This document shows, in pieces, positions 36,053 to 44,371 of a stretch of DNA of 64,000 nt. Below the pieces are notes generated by a model. That model was given only the letters and a program-made list of their open reading frames with translations. It did not search any database and was not told where the DNA came from. A program made the translations under genes and the position numbers. Position 1 is the stretch's first letter. Each line of letters begins with the position of its first letter. The stretch spans positions 373 to 64,372 of the forward strand of contig DASZZO010000053.1 in assembly GCA_035544915.1 (NCBI GenBank), in the 5' to 3' direction. The DNA comes from Gemmatimonadaceae bacterium (GTDB taxonomy: Bacteria; Gemmatimonadota; Gemmatimonadetes; Gemmatimonadales; Gemmatimonadaceae).

Positions 36053-36829
36053 ATGAACCAGCGCCGCCCGCGTTCACTGCGGCACGAGTACGAGGTCTAC
36101 ATCGAGCGCGAAATCGAGGCCTACAAGGAGTCGGTTTCGCGGCCGCATCTCCTCGGCATCGCCGACTTTGCGCAAAGCGTGCTCGAGGGCCAGCTGCAGC
36201 TGGGCATGCGCGACGTGCTCCTCGCGGCGGAAGTGGACCGCATCATCGCCAAGCGGCTCAAGATTCCGAGTTTCGACGTGTGGCGGCGTCGGCGCGTCAA
36301 GAACGCGTCCGAGCCGAAGCGCCCGGAATATTGGGGACTGCGCGCTGACACCCCGCTCGCGCACGCCATCAGCTCGTCGCCGACCAGGGCGCGCGTGGTG
36401 GTGAGTGGCGCACGCGTGCAAGGTTCCGCGCTCTACCTGGCGGCGAATGGCTGTCAGGTGACTGCCATCGAGCCCGAGGAGGACGTCGTGCAGCGTGTGC
36501 TCACGGCAGCCGAAGATGCGGGACTCCAGTCGAGAGTGCGCGGCCTCGCCACCGAACTGAGTGCCTGGAATCCCGACGAGCCGCTCGCCGCAGTCATCTG
36601 CACCCCGGCTGCCTTCGCCGGCCTGTCGGTGATCGAGCGAGAGCGCGTCATCGCATTGCTGCAGCGCGCGACTGCGGATGGAGGCGTGCACCTCGTGGAG
36701 ACGATCGTCGCCGGGCAAGACGCGATCTCCGAAGACGAGCTTCGGGCGCGCTACTGGGACTGGGATGTCACCTTCGTGCCGGAGCCCGGCCTGGCGAGGA
36801 CGTTTCTGGCGCGAAAGCATTCGATGTAG
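36053..36829 (+). CDS. Hypothetical protein with C-terminal SAM-methyltransferase-like (TehB-like) region
   Basis: 258 aa. VVVSGARVQGSALYLAANGCQVTAIEPEE...GGVHLVE resembles a class I MTase core. The N-terminal ~100 aa are unassigned. Confidence 0.45.
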   Translation: MNQRRPRSLRHEYEVYIEREIEAYKESVSRPHLLGIADFAQSVLEGQLQLGMRDVLLAAEVDRIIAKRLKIPSFDVWRRRRVKNASEPKRPEYWGLRADTPLAHAISSSPTRARVVVSGARVQGSALYLAANGCQVTAIEPEEDVVQRVLTAAEDAGLQSRVRGLATELSAWNPDEPLAAVICTPAAFAGLSVIERERVIALLQRATADGGVHLVETIVAGQDAISEDELRARYWDWDVTFVPEPGLARTFLARKHSM

Positions 36830-37034
36830 CAAGACGACACGGCTCGCGCATTACGGCGTGTTTTTCTGCGACAGATGGCACTGTTCAGGGCCGCCGTGCC
36901 TTTCATAAAGCGCGAAGGGGTAGCGACTTCCGCGGGCTGGGCCGCGGGCACCATCCATGCACAAGGAGGAAGATTTGAGGGGATCTTCTATTCCTATAGT
37001 ATGGATATAGCGCGCAGGAGCGCGGGAGCGGCAA

Positions 37035-37190
37035 ATGGCACAGCGTCGAAAGGCGGAGATTGAACAGGAGCCCATGGGGATCGTGATTTCGCGCGGCAGT
37101 CGCGGCGAGCAGACGCCCCGTTTCACGGCCTACGTCTGGGGACCCGCCCCAGAGGCCGACAAGGACGCGCCGGAAATGGTAGCGGCGTGA
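37035..37190 (+). CDS. Unannotated 51-aa ORF (hypothetical)
   Basis: The ATG lies 6 nt after GGAGCGG. Product MAQRRKAEIEQEPMGIVISRGSRGEQTPRFTAYVWGPAPEADKDAPEMVAA. GC3 is high, as in neighbouring genes. An 18-bp terminator stem follows. Confidence 0.35.
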   Translation: MAQRRKAEIEQEPMGIVISRGSRGEQTPRFTAYVWGPAPEADKDAPEMVAA

Positions 37191-37225
37191 CCTGCTGACG
37201 ATTGCAATCATCGCCGCCTGCAATA

Positions 37226-37265
37226 ACACACGGGGGAGCCGGCCAAAGCCGGCTCCCCCGTGTGT
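37226..37265. terminator. Bidirectional intrinsic terminator (perfect 18-bp stem, CAAA loop)
   Basis: ACACACGGGGGAGCCGGC-CAAA-GCCGGCTCCCCCGTGTGT, flanked by T-rich tails on both strands. It lies between convergent small ORFs. Confidence 0.7.
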
Positions 37266-37277
37266 TTGCCAAGAGGC

Positions 37278-37334
37278 CTACTTTTTCTTCGCGGCCTTTT
37301 TCTTTCCCTTCTTGGCCTTTTTCTTCGCTGCCAT
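37278..37334 (-). CDS. Unannotated 18-aa lysine-rich micro-ORF (MAAKKKAKKGKKKAAKKK)
   Basis: AGGAG lies 8 nt upstream of ATG 37334, and the TAG stop lies 12 nt before the terminator stem. It is co-directional with and 85 nt downstream of pmbA. Confidence 0.35.
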   Translation of the reverse strand: MAAKKKAKKGKKKAAKKK

Positions 37335-37419
37335 CTTGCAATCTCCTGTGAAGGAGTGAATTCCCTGGCGATCCCCCGGTGGATCGCTGGGTCCCGAAAC
37401 CGCGTCTCCGCGGTCCCGT

Positions 37420-38811
37420 CTACACGGCCTCGGACAGGCTCGTGAAGTTGAAGTCCCGCACCTTGAGCGACGGCATCACGATTGCGCCGCCTTGCTCGGT
37501 GCCGGCGAGGCGTTCGGGCCGACCGAGCGCCTCCAGATTATTCAGCATGAACAACGGTGAGTCGTTGAATCGCAAATTCTGCGCGCTTCGTGAGACCTTG
37601 CCCTTTTCGATCAGGAACGTTCCGTCACGCGTCAGGCCTGTATAGAGAATTGTGCGCGGATCGACTTCGCGCAAGTACCACAAGCGCGTGACGAGGATTC
37701 CGCGTTCCGTTCCCCGGATCATTTCGTCGATGCTCGCCGTGCCTCCGGACATCTTGATCGAACTCGGCGCACCCGTCGGTTGCTTCCCCTGTTTCTTCGC
37801 CCAGAACCGCGAATAGTAGAGTTGCTTCAGCACGCCGTTCTCGATCCACACCTGACGCGAAATCGGAAAACCTTCTCCATCGAATGGCTGCGCGAGGAGC
37901 TGCGCATCGGCGGGATCCGAGAACAACGTCACTCGGTTATCGACGATCTTCTCTCCAATTTTGTTACCGCCGCCCTGCTTCACGAACGGCGATCGCCCCT
38001 CGTCGGAGGTGCGCGCATCCGTGTAATTGCCGACGAGCTGGACGAGATCGCCCACCGCTTGCGCCTCGAGAATCACGGTGTAGCGGCCGGGCTCGACCTT
38101 CTGCGGCCTGGTACTCGCGCGCGCCTTGTCGATTGCGCGCGCCGCCACCGCGGCGAAGTCGATCTGTGCCCAGTCGGGATGATCCGCGGCGGCCCAGCCC
38201 GATCCCGTGCCGTCCTTCGTCCGCACCGTAAGCTGGTAGTTCGCGCTCGTGGCGCGATGATAAGCAAACAGTTCCTTCTGGTTGGCGATCGCAGTCATGC
38301 CGGCGTTCACGATCAGGAATCCCGCAGCGTCTACGTCCCCCATCTTCCGGGAGGGATCGAGAGCGGTGCGCGCAACCTTCGCACGCTCCGCCGCCGACGC
38401 GTTTGCGGTCTGGTCGAACCAGGCATTCACCTTCACGTACTGCTGCGGCTCCAGCTCGGGCATCGCTTCCGGGTCGTCAGGCGCCAGCCTGGCGAGCCGC
38501 TCCGCTTCGCGGACGGTGCGCAGGAGTGTGTCGTCGGACAAGTCGTTGGTCGTCACGACGGCATGCTTCAACCCGTACGACGACTGCACCGCAACCTGAA
38601 CGTCCACGACCGATCCCGCCGTCGACATCTGGTTCGCGGCGAAGCGTACGTTGGTGGAGAGGCCGCTGTTCACCGTCACGTTGATGCTGTCGGCCCTGGA
38701 CATCTTCACCATCTTCTCGCAAAGTGCCTGCGCCGCCTCGCGGGAGAGCACGGCGTCAGCGGGGACGGACGCGCGATCCATCGTATCCAGCAATCGTTTC
38801 GGGGCGGTCAT
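37420..38811 (-). CDS. pmbA: TldD/PmbA-family metallopeptidase (PmbA/TldE-like subunit)
   Basis: ATG 38811 overlaps the tldD stop (TGATG). ...STNVRFAANQMST..., a C-terminal GG-rich region, and ...RDFNFTSLSEAV. 463 aa. Confidence 0.85.
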   Translation of the reverse strand: MTAPKRLLDTMDRASVPADAVLSREAAQALCEKMVKMSRADSINVTVNSGLSTNVRFAANQMSTAGSVVDVQVAVQSSYGLKHAVVTTNDLSDDTLLRTVREAERLARLAPDDPEAMPELEPQQYVKVNAWFDQTANASAAERAKVARTALDPSRKMGDVDAAGFLIVNAGMTAIANQKELFAYHRATSANYQLTVRTKDGTGSGWAAADHPDWAQIDFAAVAARAIDKARASTRPQKVEPGRYTVILEAQAVGDLVQLVGNYTDARTSDEGRSPFVKQGGGNKIGEKIVDNRVTLFSDPADAQLLAQPFDGEGFPISRQVWIENGVLKQLYYSRFWAKKQGKQPTGAPSSIKMSGGTASIDEMIRGTERGILVTRLWYLREVDPRTILYTGLTRDGTFLIEKGKVSRSAQNLRFNDSPLFMLNNLEALGRPERLAGTEQGGAIVMPSLKVRDFNFTSLSEAV

Positions 38812-40439
38812 CACGATTTCCTCCCCGTGTTGATCACGTTGACCGCGCGGAAGCGCGCTGGCACACATCCATGGCTCACACCGTTGACCTGTCCGGGTTG
38901 CCCCTTCCCGTCGAAGAACGAGCCGCCGAGTCGGTAGCTCGACTTGCCACCGATCATGTCCATCGAGTTCCAGAAGTCCGGCGTACGGAACTGGTACGCG
39001 ACGTCCTTCAGCATGCCGATGATCTTTCCACCCTTGATCTCGTAATAGACCTGCCCCGCAAACTGCCCGTTGTAGCGCTGCTGGTCGATCGAGAATGATC
39101 CGTCGCCGACGATCGCGATGCCGCGGTCGGTGGCCGCAATGAGATCCTCGTACGACTTGTCCTCCGCGCCCGGAAGAAGCGACACGTTGGGCATGCGCTG
39201 GAACGCGACGCTCGACCACGAATCCGCATACGAGCACCCGTGCGACCGCACGGGCTTCCCCTGCTTGTCGTACCACCATTTGAGCCACGACGCCTGCTCG
39301 CGCGTCGTCTGGTAGTCGTTGAAAATGCCGTTCTTGATGATCAGGAAATCGTCGGGCTGTACGCCGTCATCGTCGTACCCGATGGTGGAGATCGCGCCCT
39401 CCTGCGAGCGGTCGCCCTGGACGTTCATGAACTCCGGCCCGTAGCGGAACGTGCCGAGCTTCTCCTCCGGCGGGGCGACGAAGCTCGTGCCCGCATAGTT
39501 CGCCTCATATCCCAGCGCGCGGTCCAGTTCGGTGGGATGCCCAATGGATTCGTGAATCGGCAACCAGAGCGCGGATGGATGGATCACGAGGTCGTAGCGT
39601 CCGACCTCCACCGGCTTGGCCGACAGTTTCTGCGCGGCCTCCTCCGCCCACTTGCGTGCGTGTCCCGCCAGGTCCTGGTCCAGCACGTACTCCCACCCGC
39701 GTCCCATGGGAGCGACCTCCGTGGCCTGGCGGTTCTGGAAGTCGGTGAAGTCGGCGGACACCGCCGTGGCGGTGAACAGCGGCCAGCTCCGGATGATCGT
39801 TTGCGCGATGACCGAGCCGTCCGTGTTCGCATAATTCCGTTCCTGCTTCACGAAGAAGAGGATGGAGTTCACGTACTTCACCTTGTCGACCTTCAGTGCC
39901 TCGCCGTTCGCCTTGAGCAGCAGGTCCACCTTCTGCTCGAGCGGCACATCGAACGGATCGGTCTTGCACGCGCTCTTCCACGTGGCATTCGGATACGCCG
40001 GAGAAGGCGCGAGCTCCACGGGCCGGTCGCGAGCCACGCGATTGGCCCTCGCGATCGCCACCGCCTCACGTGCGGCACCTGCAACGGCCTCCGTCGTGAG
40101 GGTGCGAGTGGCTGCGAAGCCCCAGCACCCGTCGACGAGCGCGCGCACGCCACAACCGATCGTGTCAGTGTCCACCACATTGATGATCTGATGCTCGCGA
40201 GTCACCACGAAGTTCTGGCGGAATCGCGCGATGCGCGCATCGGCATACGTAGCGCCGACTGTCGAGGCGGCGTTGAGGGCCTCCATCATCAGCTCCCTGG
40301 GCGCGCTGCCTTCGAATCGCTCGATGTCCCGTTGGGGCAACGCCGCCCCGCCGAACGCATCGCGCGGAAGCGTGGTCGCAAGCGCCAGCGCAGCGCCGGA
40401 GACACCGGCTTGTCTGAGGAACTCTCTCCTGTTGGTCAT
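38811..40439 (-). CDS. tldD: TldD-family metallopeptidase with twin-arginine signal
   Basis: ATG 40439 gives MTNRREFLRQAGVSGAALALATTL (Tat motif). HESIGHPTELDR is the TldD HExxxH-type metal site. 542 aa. Confidence 0.85.
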   Translation of the reverse strand: MTNRREFLRQAGVSGAALALATTLPRDAFGGAALPQRDIERFEGSAPRELMMEALNAASTVGATYADARIARFRQNFVVTREHQIINVVDTDTIGCGVRALVDGCWGFAATRTLTTEAVAGAAREAVAIARANRVARDRPVELAPSPAYPNATWKSACKTDPFDVPLEQKVDLLLKANGEALKVDKVKYVNSILFFVKQERNYANTDGSVIAQTIIRSWPLFTATAVSADFTDFQNRQATEVAPMGRGWEYVLDQDLAGHARKWAEEAAQKLSAKPVEVGRYDLVIHPSALWLPIHESIGHPTELDRALGYEANYAGTSFVAPPEEKLGTFRYGPEFMNVQGDRSQEGAISTIGYDDDGVQPDDFLIIKNGIFNDYQTTREQASWLKWWYDKQGKPVRSHGCSYADSWSSVAFQRMPNVSLLPGAEDKSYEDLIAATDRGIAIVGDGSFSIDQQRYNGQFAGQVYYEIKGGKIIGMLKDVAYQFRTPDFWNSMDMIGGKSSYRLGGSFFDGKGQPGQVNGVSHGCVPARFRAVNVINTGRKS

Positions 40440-40648
40440 GGGTTCACGCGAGACCGGGATCGGCCTGTACGGTATGCCGTCGAGTCGCGGGTCTCGATGG
40501 CGGGGTGCCGCAGGCGGGGGGAGCGCGGCGGCGCAGGACACGAACACATGTGCATCCAATAATGGATGCCAGTGACGCAACCTGCAACGAGCCCGCTGCG
40601 CGAGCGCAACGCCTTTCGCGCCGCTTTCCCTAGAGTGAGCTTTAGCCG

Positions 40649-41677
40649 ATGCAAGCTCTCATCAAGCAATCCCGGGAGCCGGGATTCGTGCTGCAGGACG
40701 TGCCCGTTCCGGCCATCCGGGACGACGAAGTACTGATCCAGGTGCGACGCGCCGGAGTGTGCGGCACCGACGTCCACATTCATGAGTGGGACGCATGGGC
40801 GGCCGGTCGATGCTCGCCGCCGTTCACGGTCGGACACGAGTTCGCCGGCGAGGTGACCGAGGTGGGGAAGCTCGTGGCGGACGTGAAGGCCGGCGACCGC
40901 GTGACGGCGGAAGGTCATATCGTGTGCGGGCGCTGCCACCTGTGCCGCACCGGCAACGCTCACGTGTGCCCGAACACGAAGATCATTGGCGTCGACCGCG
41001 ACGGGTGCTTTGCGGAGTACATCGCCATGCCAGCCACCAACGTGTGGCATCTCGACGCGGATGTGTCGCTCGACGTGGGCGGCATCCACGATCCGATGGG
41101 CAACGCATTCCACACGGCGTTGCATGGCACGGAGATTCCCGGCGCGACTGTCCTCGTCACGGGATGTGGCCCGATCGGCATCTTCGCGGTGGGGATCGTC
41201 AAGGCAGCGGGCGCGAGCCGCATCATCGCGAGCGACGTCAATCCGAAGCGGCTGGCCCTCGCGCTCGCCATGGGCGCGCACGACGCGGTCTATCCCAAGG
41301 ACGCAGACGCCGCCGTACGGCGCGCCACCGACGGACTCGGCGCGGACGTGGTGCTGGAGATGAGTGGCGTGCCGGCCGCCATACACCAGGCGTTCGCGCT
41401 GGTGCGCGTCGGAGGCCGCGTGCAGATGCTCGGTATCCCTGCCAGGCCTATCGAGGTGGATCTCGCGCGCGAGATCATCTTCAAGGGAATCACCGTGTAC
41501 GGCGTGGTGGGCCGCCGGATGTACGAAACGTGGATACAAATGACGCAGTTCCTCAGGAGCGGGCAGTTCGATCCCCGGCCCGTGATTACGCACCGGTTTC
41601 CGCTGTCGGAGCACGCCGAGGCGATACGCGTGATCAAGTCGGGCGACGCGGGGAAGGTGATTTTCGAGGTCGGTTGA
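40649..41677 (+). CDS. tdh: L-threonine 3-dehydrogenase
   Basis: GVCGTDVHI..W..W.......P...GHEF.GEV..VG, GHIVCGRC..CR.G..H.C, GCGPIG. 342 aa and followed by kbl. Confidence 0.9.
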   Translation: MQALIKQSREPGFVLQDVPVPAIRDDEVLIQVRRAGVCGTDVHIHEWDAWAAGRCSPPFTVGHEFAGEVTEVGKLVADVKAGDRVTAEGHIVCGRCHLCRTGNAHVCPNTKIIGVDRDGCFAEYIAMPATNVWHLDADVSLDVGGIHDPMGNAFHTALHGTEIPGATVLVTGCGPIGIFAVGIVKAAGASRIIASDVNPKRLALALAMGAHDAVYPKDADAAVRRATDGLGADVVLEMSGVPAAIHQAFALVRVGGRVQMLGIPARPIEVDLAREIIFKGITVYGVVGRRMYETWIQMTQFLRSGQFDPRPVITHRFPLSEHAEAIRVIKSGDAGKVIFEVG

Positions 41678-41698
41678 GTCGTCTCACGGAGCATTGGA

Positions 41699-42907
41699 AT
41701 GGCATTGAACACCGAGTTCGTGCAGGGTCTCGAGGGCGCGATCGCGCAGCTCCGGGCCGACCGCGTATACAAGACCCTCAACCACCTCGCCTCGCCCCAG
41801 TCGGCGCGTGTGCAGATGGAAGGCCGCGGCGAGGTCCTGATCCTCTCGTCGAACAACTACCTCGGACTCTGCGACGAGCCTGAAGTCGTTCATGCCGGCA
41901 TTGATGCGCTGACAACCTTCGGCGCCGGCACGGCGAGCGTCCGGTTCATCTGCGGCACCTTCACGGTGCATCGCGACCTCGAGCAGGGACTCGCGCGCTT
42001 CGTCGGAACGGATTCGTCACTCAGCTTCCTCTCCGCGTGGAACGCCAACGAGGCGCTTACCGCCACGGTCGTCGAAGAGGGCGACTTCGTGACGTCCGAC
42101 GCGCTCAATCATGCGTCGATCATCGACTCGATCCGGCTGGCGAAGGCCATCACCAAGTGCACCACGGCCGTGTACCCGCACGGCGATCTCGACGACCTGG
42201 TAGCGAAGCTCAAGGCGAACGCGCGCGCGAAGCGGCGCCTCATCTGGACCGACGGCATCTTCTCAATGGAAGGGAGCCTCGCGAAGCTCCCGGAACTGCT
42301 GCAGATCGCGAGCGACCACAACGCCGTGCTCATCGTGGATGACTCCCACGCGAGCGGCGTAATGGGCCGGACTGGGCGCGGTACTGCGGAGCATTTCGGC
42401 GTGCTGGGCGAAGTGGACGTCATCACGTCCACGCTGGGAAAGGCACTCGGCGGCGCTGCTGGCGGATTCGTGGCCGGTCCGGCGGAGCTTTGCGACATCC
42501 TGACGCAACGCTCGCGGCCGCAGCTCTTTTCGAACGCGCTGCCGCCCACGGTCGCTGCGAGCTCGCTTGCGGCGGTCCGGTTCATCGAGGCGCATCCGGA
42601 ACGCGTAGCGACCCTGCACGAGAATACCCGCTACTTCCGCTCCGCGCTGCTCGGTGCGGGACTCAAGCCGCTGCCGGGTGAGACACCAATCGTCCCCATC
42701 ATCATTGGCGACACCGCGGACGCGATTCGCATGAGCGAGATGCTGCTCAACGAGGGGATCTTCGTCACGGGATTCGGCTTCCCGGTGGTGCCCAAGGGGA
42801 CCGCGCGGCTTCGCTGCCAGGTGTCGGCTGCACATTCCCGCTCGGACCTTGATCATGCGGTCAGCGCCATCAGCAAGGTGGCGGCCAGCGTGGGAATCCT
42901 CAAATAG
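41699..42907 (+). CDS. kbl: Glycine C-acetyltransferase (2-amino-3-ketobutyrate CoA ligase)
   Basis: SNNYLGL, SVRFICGT, DALNHASIID, VDDSHA.G and the PLP-lysine context STLGKALGG. Confidence 0.9.
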   Translation: MALNTEFVQGLEGAIAQLRADRVYKTLNHLASPQSARVQMEGRGEVLILSSNNYLGLCDEPEVVHAGIDALTTFGAGTASVRFICGTFTVHRDLEQGLARFVGTDSSLSFLSAWNANEALTATVVEEGDFVTSDALNHASIIDSIRLAKAITKCTTAVYPHGDLDDLVAKLKANARAKRRLIWTDGIFSMEGSLAKLPELLQIASDHNAVLIVDDSHASGVMGRTGRGTAEHFGVLGEVDVITSTLGKALGGAAGGFVAGPAELCDILTQRSRPQLFSNALPPTVAASSLAAVRFIEAHPERVATLHENTRYFRSALLGAGLKPLPGETPIVPIIIGDTADAIRMSEMLLNEGIFVTGFGFPVVPKGTARLRCQVSAAHSRSDLDHAVSAISKVAASVGILK

Positions 42908-43039
42908 GCCCGCAGCCGGCGCCCCGCCCGGTCCGAGTGACCTGTTTGACGCCGTCGTCGTCCCACACATGAAGCTTCCGGAGGGCCAGAAATGGCCACC
43001 GGATGATATTCCCGTCTGGCTCATTTTGAGGTGCAGCGT

Positions 43040-43711
43040 ATGCGATCGCTCCGTCTCCACGTGCTCGGGCTTGCCGTGCTTGCAACCGTCGGGCTAACGC
43101 CTGTAGCGGCCGCTGCGCAAGAGAAAGCGGCGAGCTGGCAGGACTCCTGGTTCTGGGGTGCGTACGGCGGATATACGTCGTTCGCCACCTCTGTCGCTCG
43201 CACCAATGCGCCGACCATCGGCGCGGACTGGGTCATCACCCGCTCGCGTTATGCACTCAACCTGTTTGCCGAGCAGTCGTATTTCAACGCCGTCTCGACG
43301 GTCGTCGATTTTCCGACCACCGCCCCCCGCCGCGTCGACATCACCGACATGCGTCGCGTGGGCTTTGCAGCCATGATCTTCACGCCCTCGTACAAGCTGC
43401 TCAAGCCCTACGTCGGGCTCGGTTACGCCCTGAACTTCATCAAGACTGGCACGCCGCAAGGGGCTGCCTACGCGAGCCCCGCAGCGCGTGACAGCGTGTT
43501 TTCGCGCGTGCGGAGTGCGCGCGCGGCGGGCAAGCCTTTCGGCGACTTCGGGCTGATGCTCGTGTGGCATCGCTTCGCCCCATTCGCGCAGTACACAGTC
43601 ATGCCCACCCAGGGCACCGGAAACTGGTTCGTAAATGGCCAGGGGTTCACGAACATCTGGTCGGCAGGCCTGCGCTACAACTTCGGTACCTCGATCGAGA
43701 AGAACTGGTAG
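43040..43711 (+). CDS. Putative outer-membrane beta-barrel protein
   Basis: GAGGTG lies 7 nt upstream of ATG 43040. Signal peptide MRSLRLHVLGLAVLATVGLTPVAAAAQ. Alternating beta pattern, ending in ..LRYNFGTSIEKNW. Confidence 0.6.
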   Translation: MRSLRLHVLGLAVLATVGLTPVAAAAQEKAASWQDSWFWGAYGGYTSFATSVARTNAPTIGADWVITRSRYALNLFAEQSYFNAVSTVVDFPTTAPRRVDITDMRRVGFAAMIFTPSYKLLKPYVGLGYALNFIKTGTPQGAAYASPAARDSVFSRVRSARAAGKPFGDFGLMLVWHRFAPFAQYTVMPTQGTGNWFVNGQGFTNIWSAGLRYNFGTSIEKNW

Positions 43712-44371
43712 CTATCTCGACCGGATGGGACTGGCGCCGAGATAGCGAGCGGTCTCGCTCCTCGCCGAGACATACGGACTGCGCCGAACGATCCACCTGA
43801 GCGGCCAGGCGAGCGCGGGGTTTGCGGGATTGATGCCAATGCGCGGCGTCGTGGCGACATCCGATTCATCCACCGGCTCGCCCGCGAGAATGCGCAACGG
43901 CGTCCGGAAGAACGTGGCGCCATGATGCCGCGTTCCCGTGATGCCGAACGCGTCGCACAGCTTCCCCGGACCGCTGGTGAGCTCGCGATCGGCGCCCCGC
44001 ACCGCGCGGCGCCGGCGCATGGCCGCCATGCCCTCGACCGGTTCCACCGCCCGCAGCAGTACTGCGCTCGCGAAACCCTCCGGGCGCGTCACGACATTCG
44101 CACACCAGTACATGCCGTAGATCAGGTAGACATACGCGCTGCCGGGAGGGCCCCAGAGCCCCGCCGTACGTTTCGTACGGCCGGCGGCGGCGTGGCACGC
44201 CGGGTCGTGCTCGCCTATGTATGCTTCCGTCTCGACGATGCGCCCCCGGCAGCACACGCCTCGCACGGTGCACTCGAGCACGGCACCAAGGAGCTCGCGG
44301 GCGACAACTTCCGTGTCGCGCGCGTAAAACGCCCTCGGTAGCGGCCGCGCCTCAGTGCCCGCGGAGCTCAC
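43712..44371 (-). CDS. mpg: DNA-3-methyladenine glycosylase (Mpg/AAG family)
   Basis: ARELLG..L......G.IVETEAY.G..DPA.HA..G.T.R....WGPPG.AYVYLIYGM..C.N.V. GTG start overlaps the upstream stop (GTGA). Confidence 0.85.
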   Translation of the reverse strand: MSSAGTEARPLPRAFYARDTEVVARELLGAVLECTVRGVCCRGRIVETEAYIGEHDPACHAAAGRTKRTAGLWGPPGSAYVYLIYGMYWCANVVTRPEGFASAVLLRAVEPVEGMAAMRRRRAVRGADRELTSGPGKLCDAFGITGTRHHGATFFRTPLRILAGEPVDESDVATTPRIGINPANPALAWPLRWIVRRSPYVSARSETARYLGASPIRSR

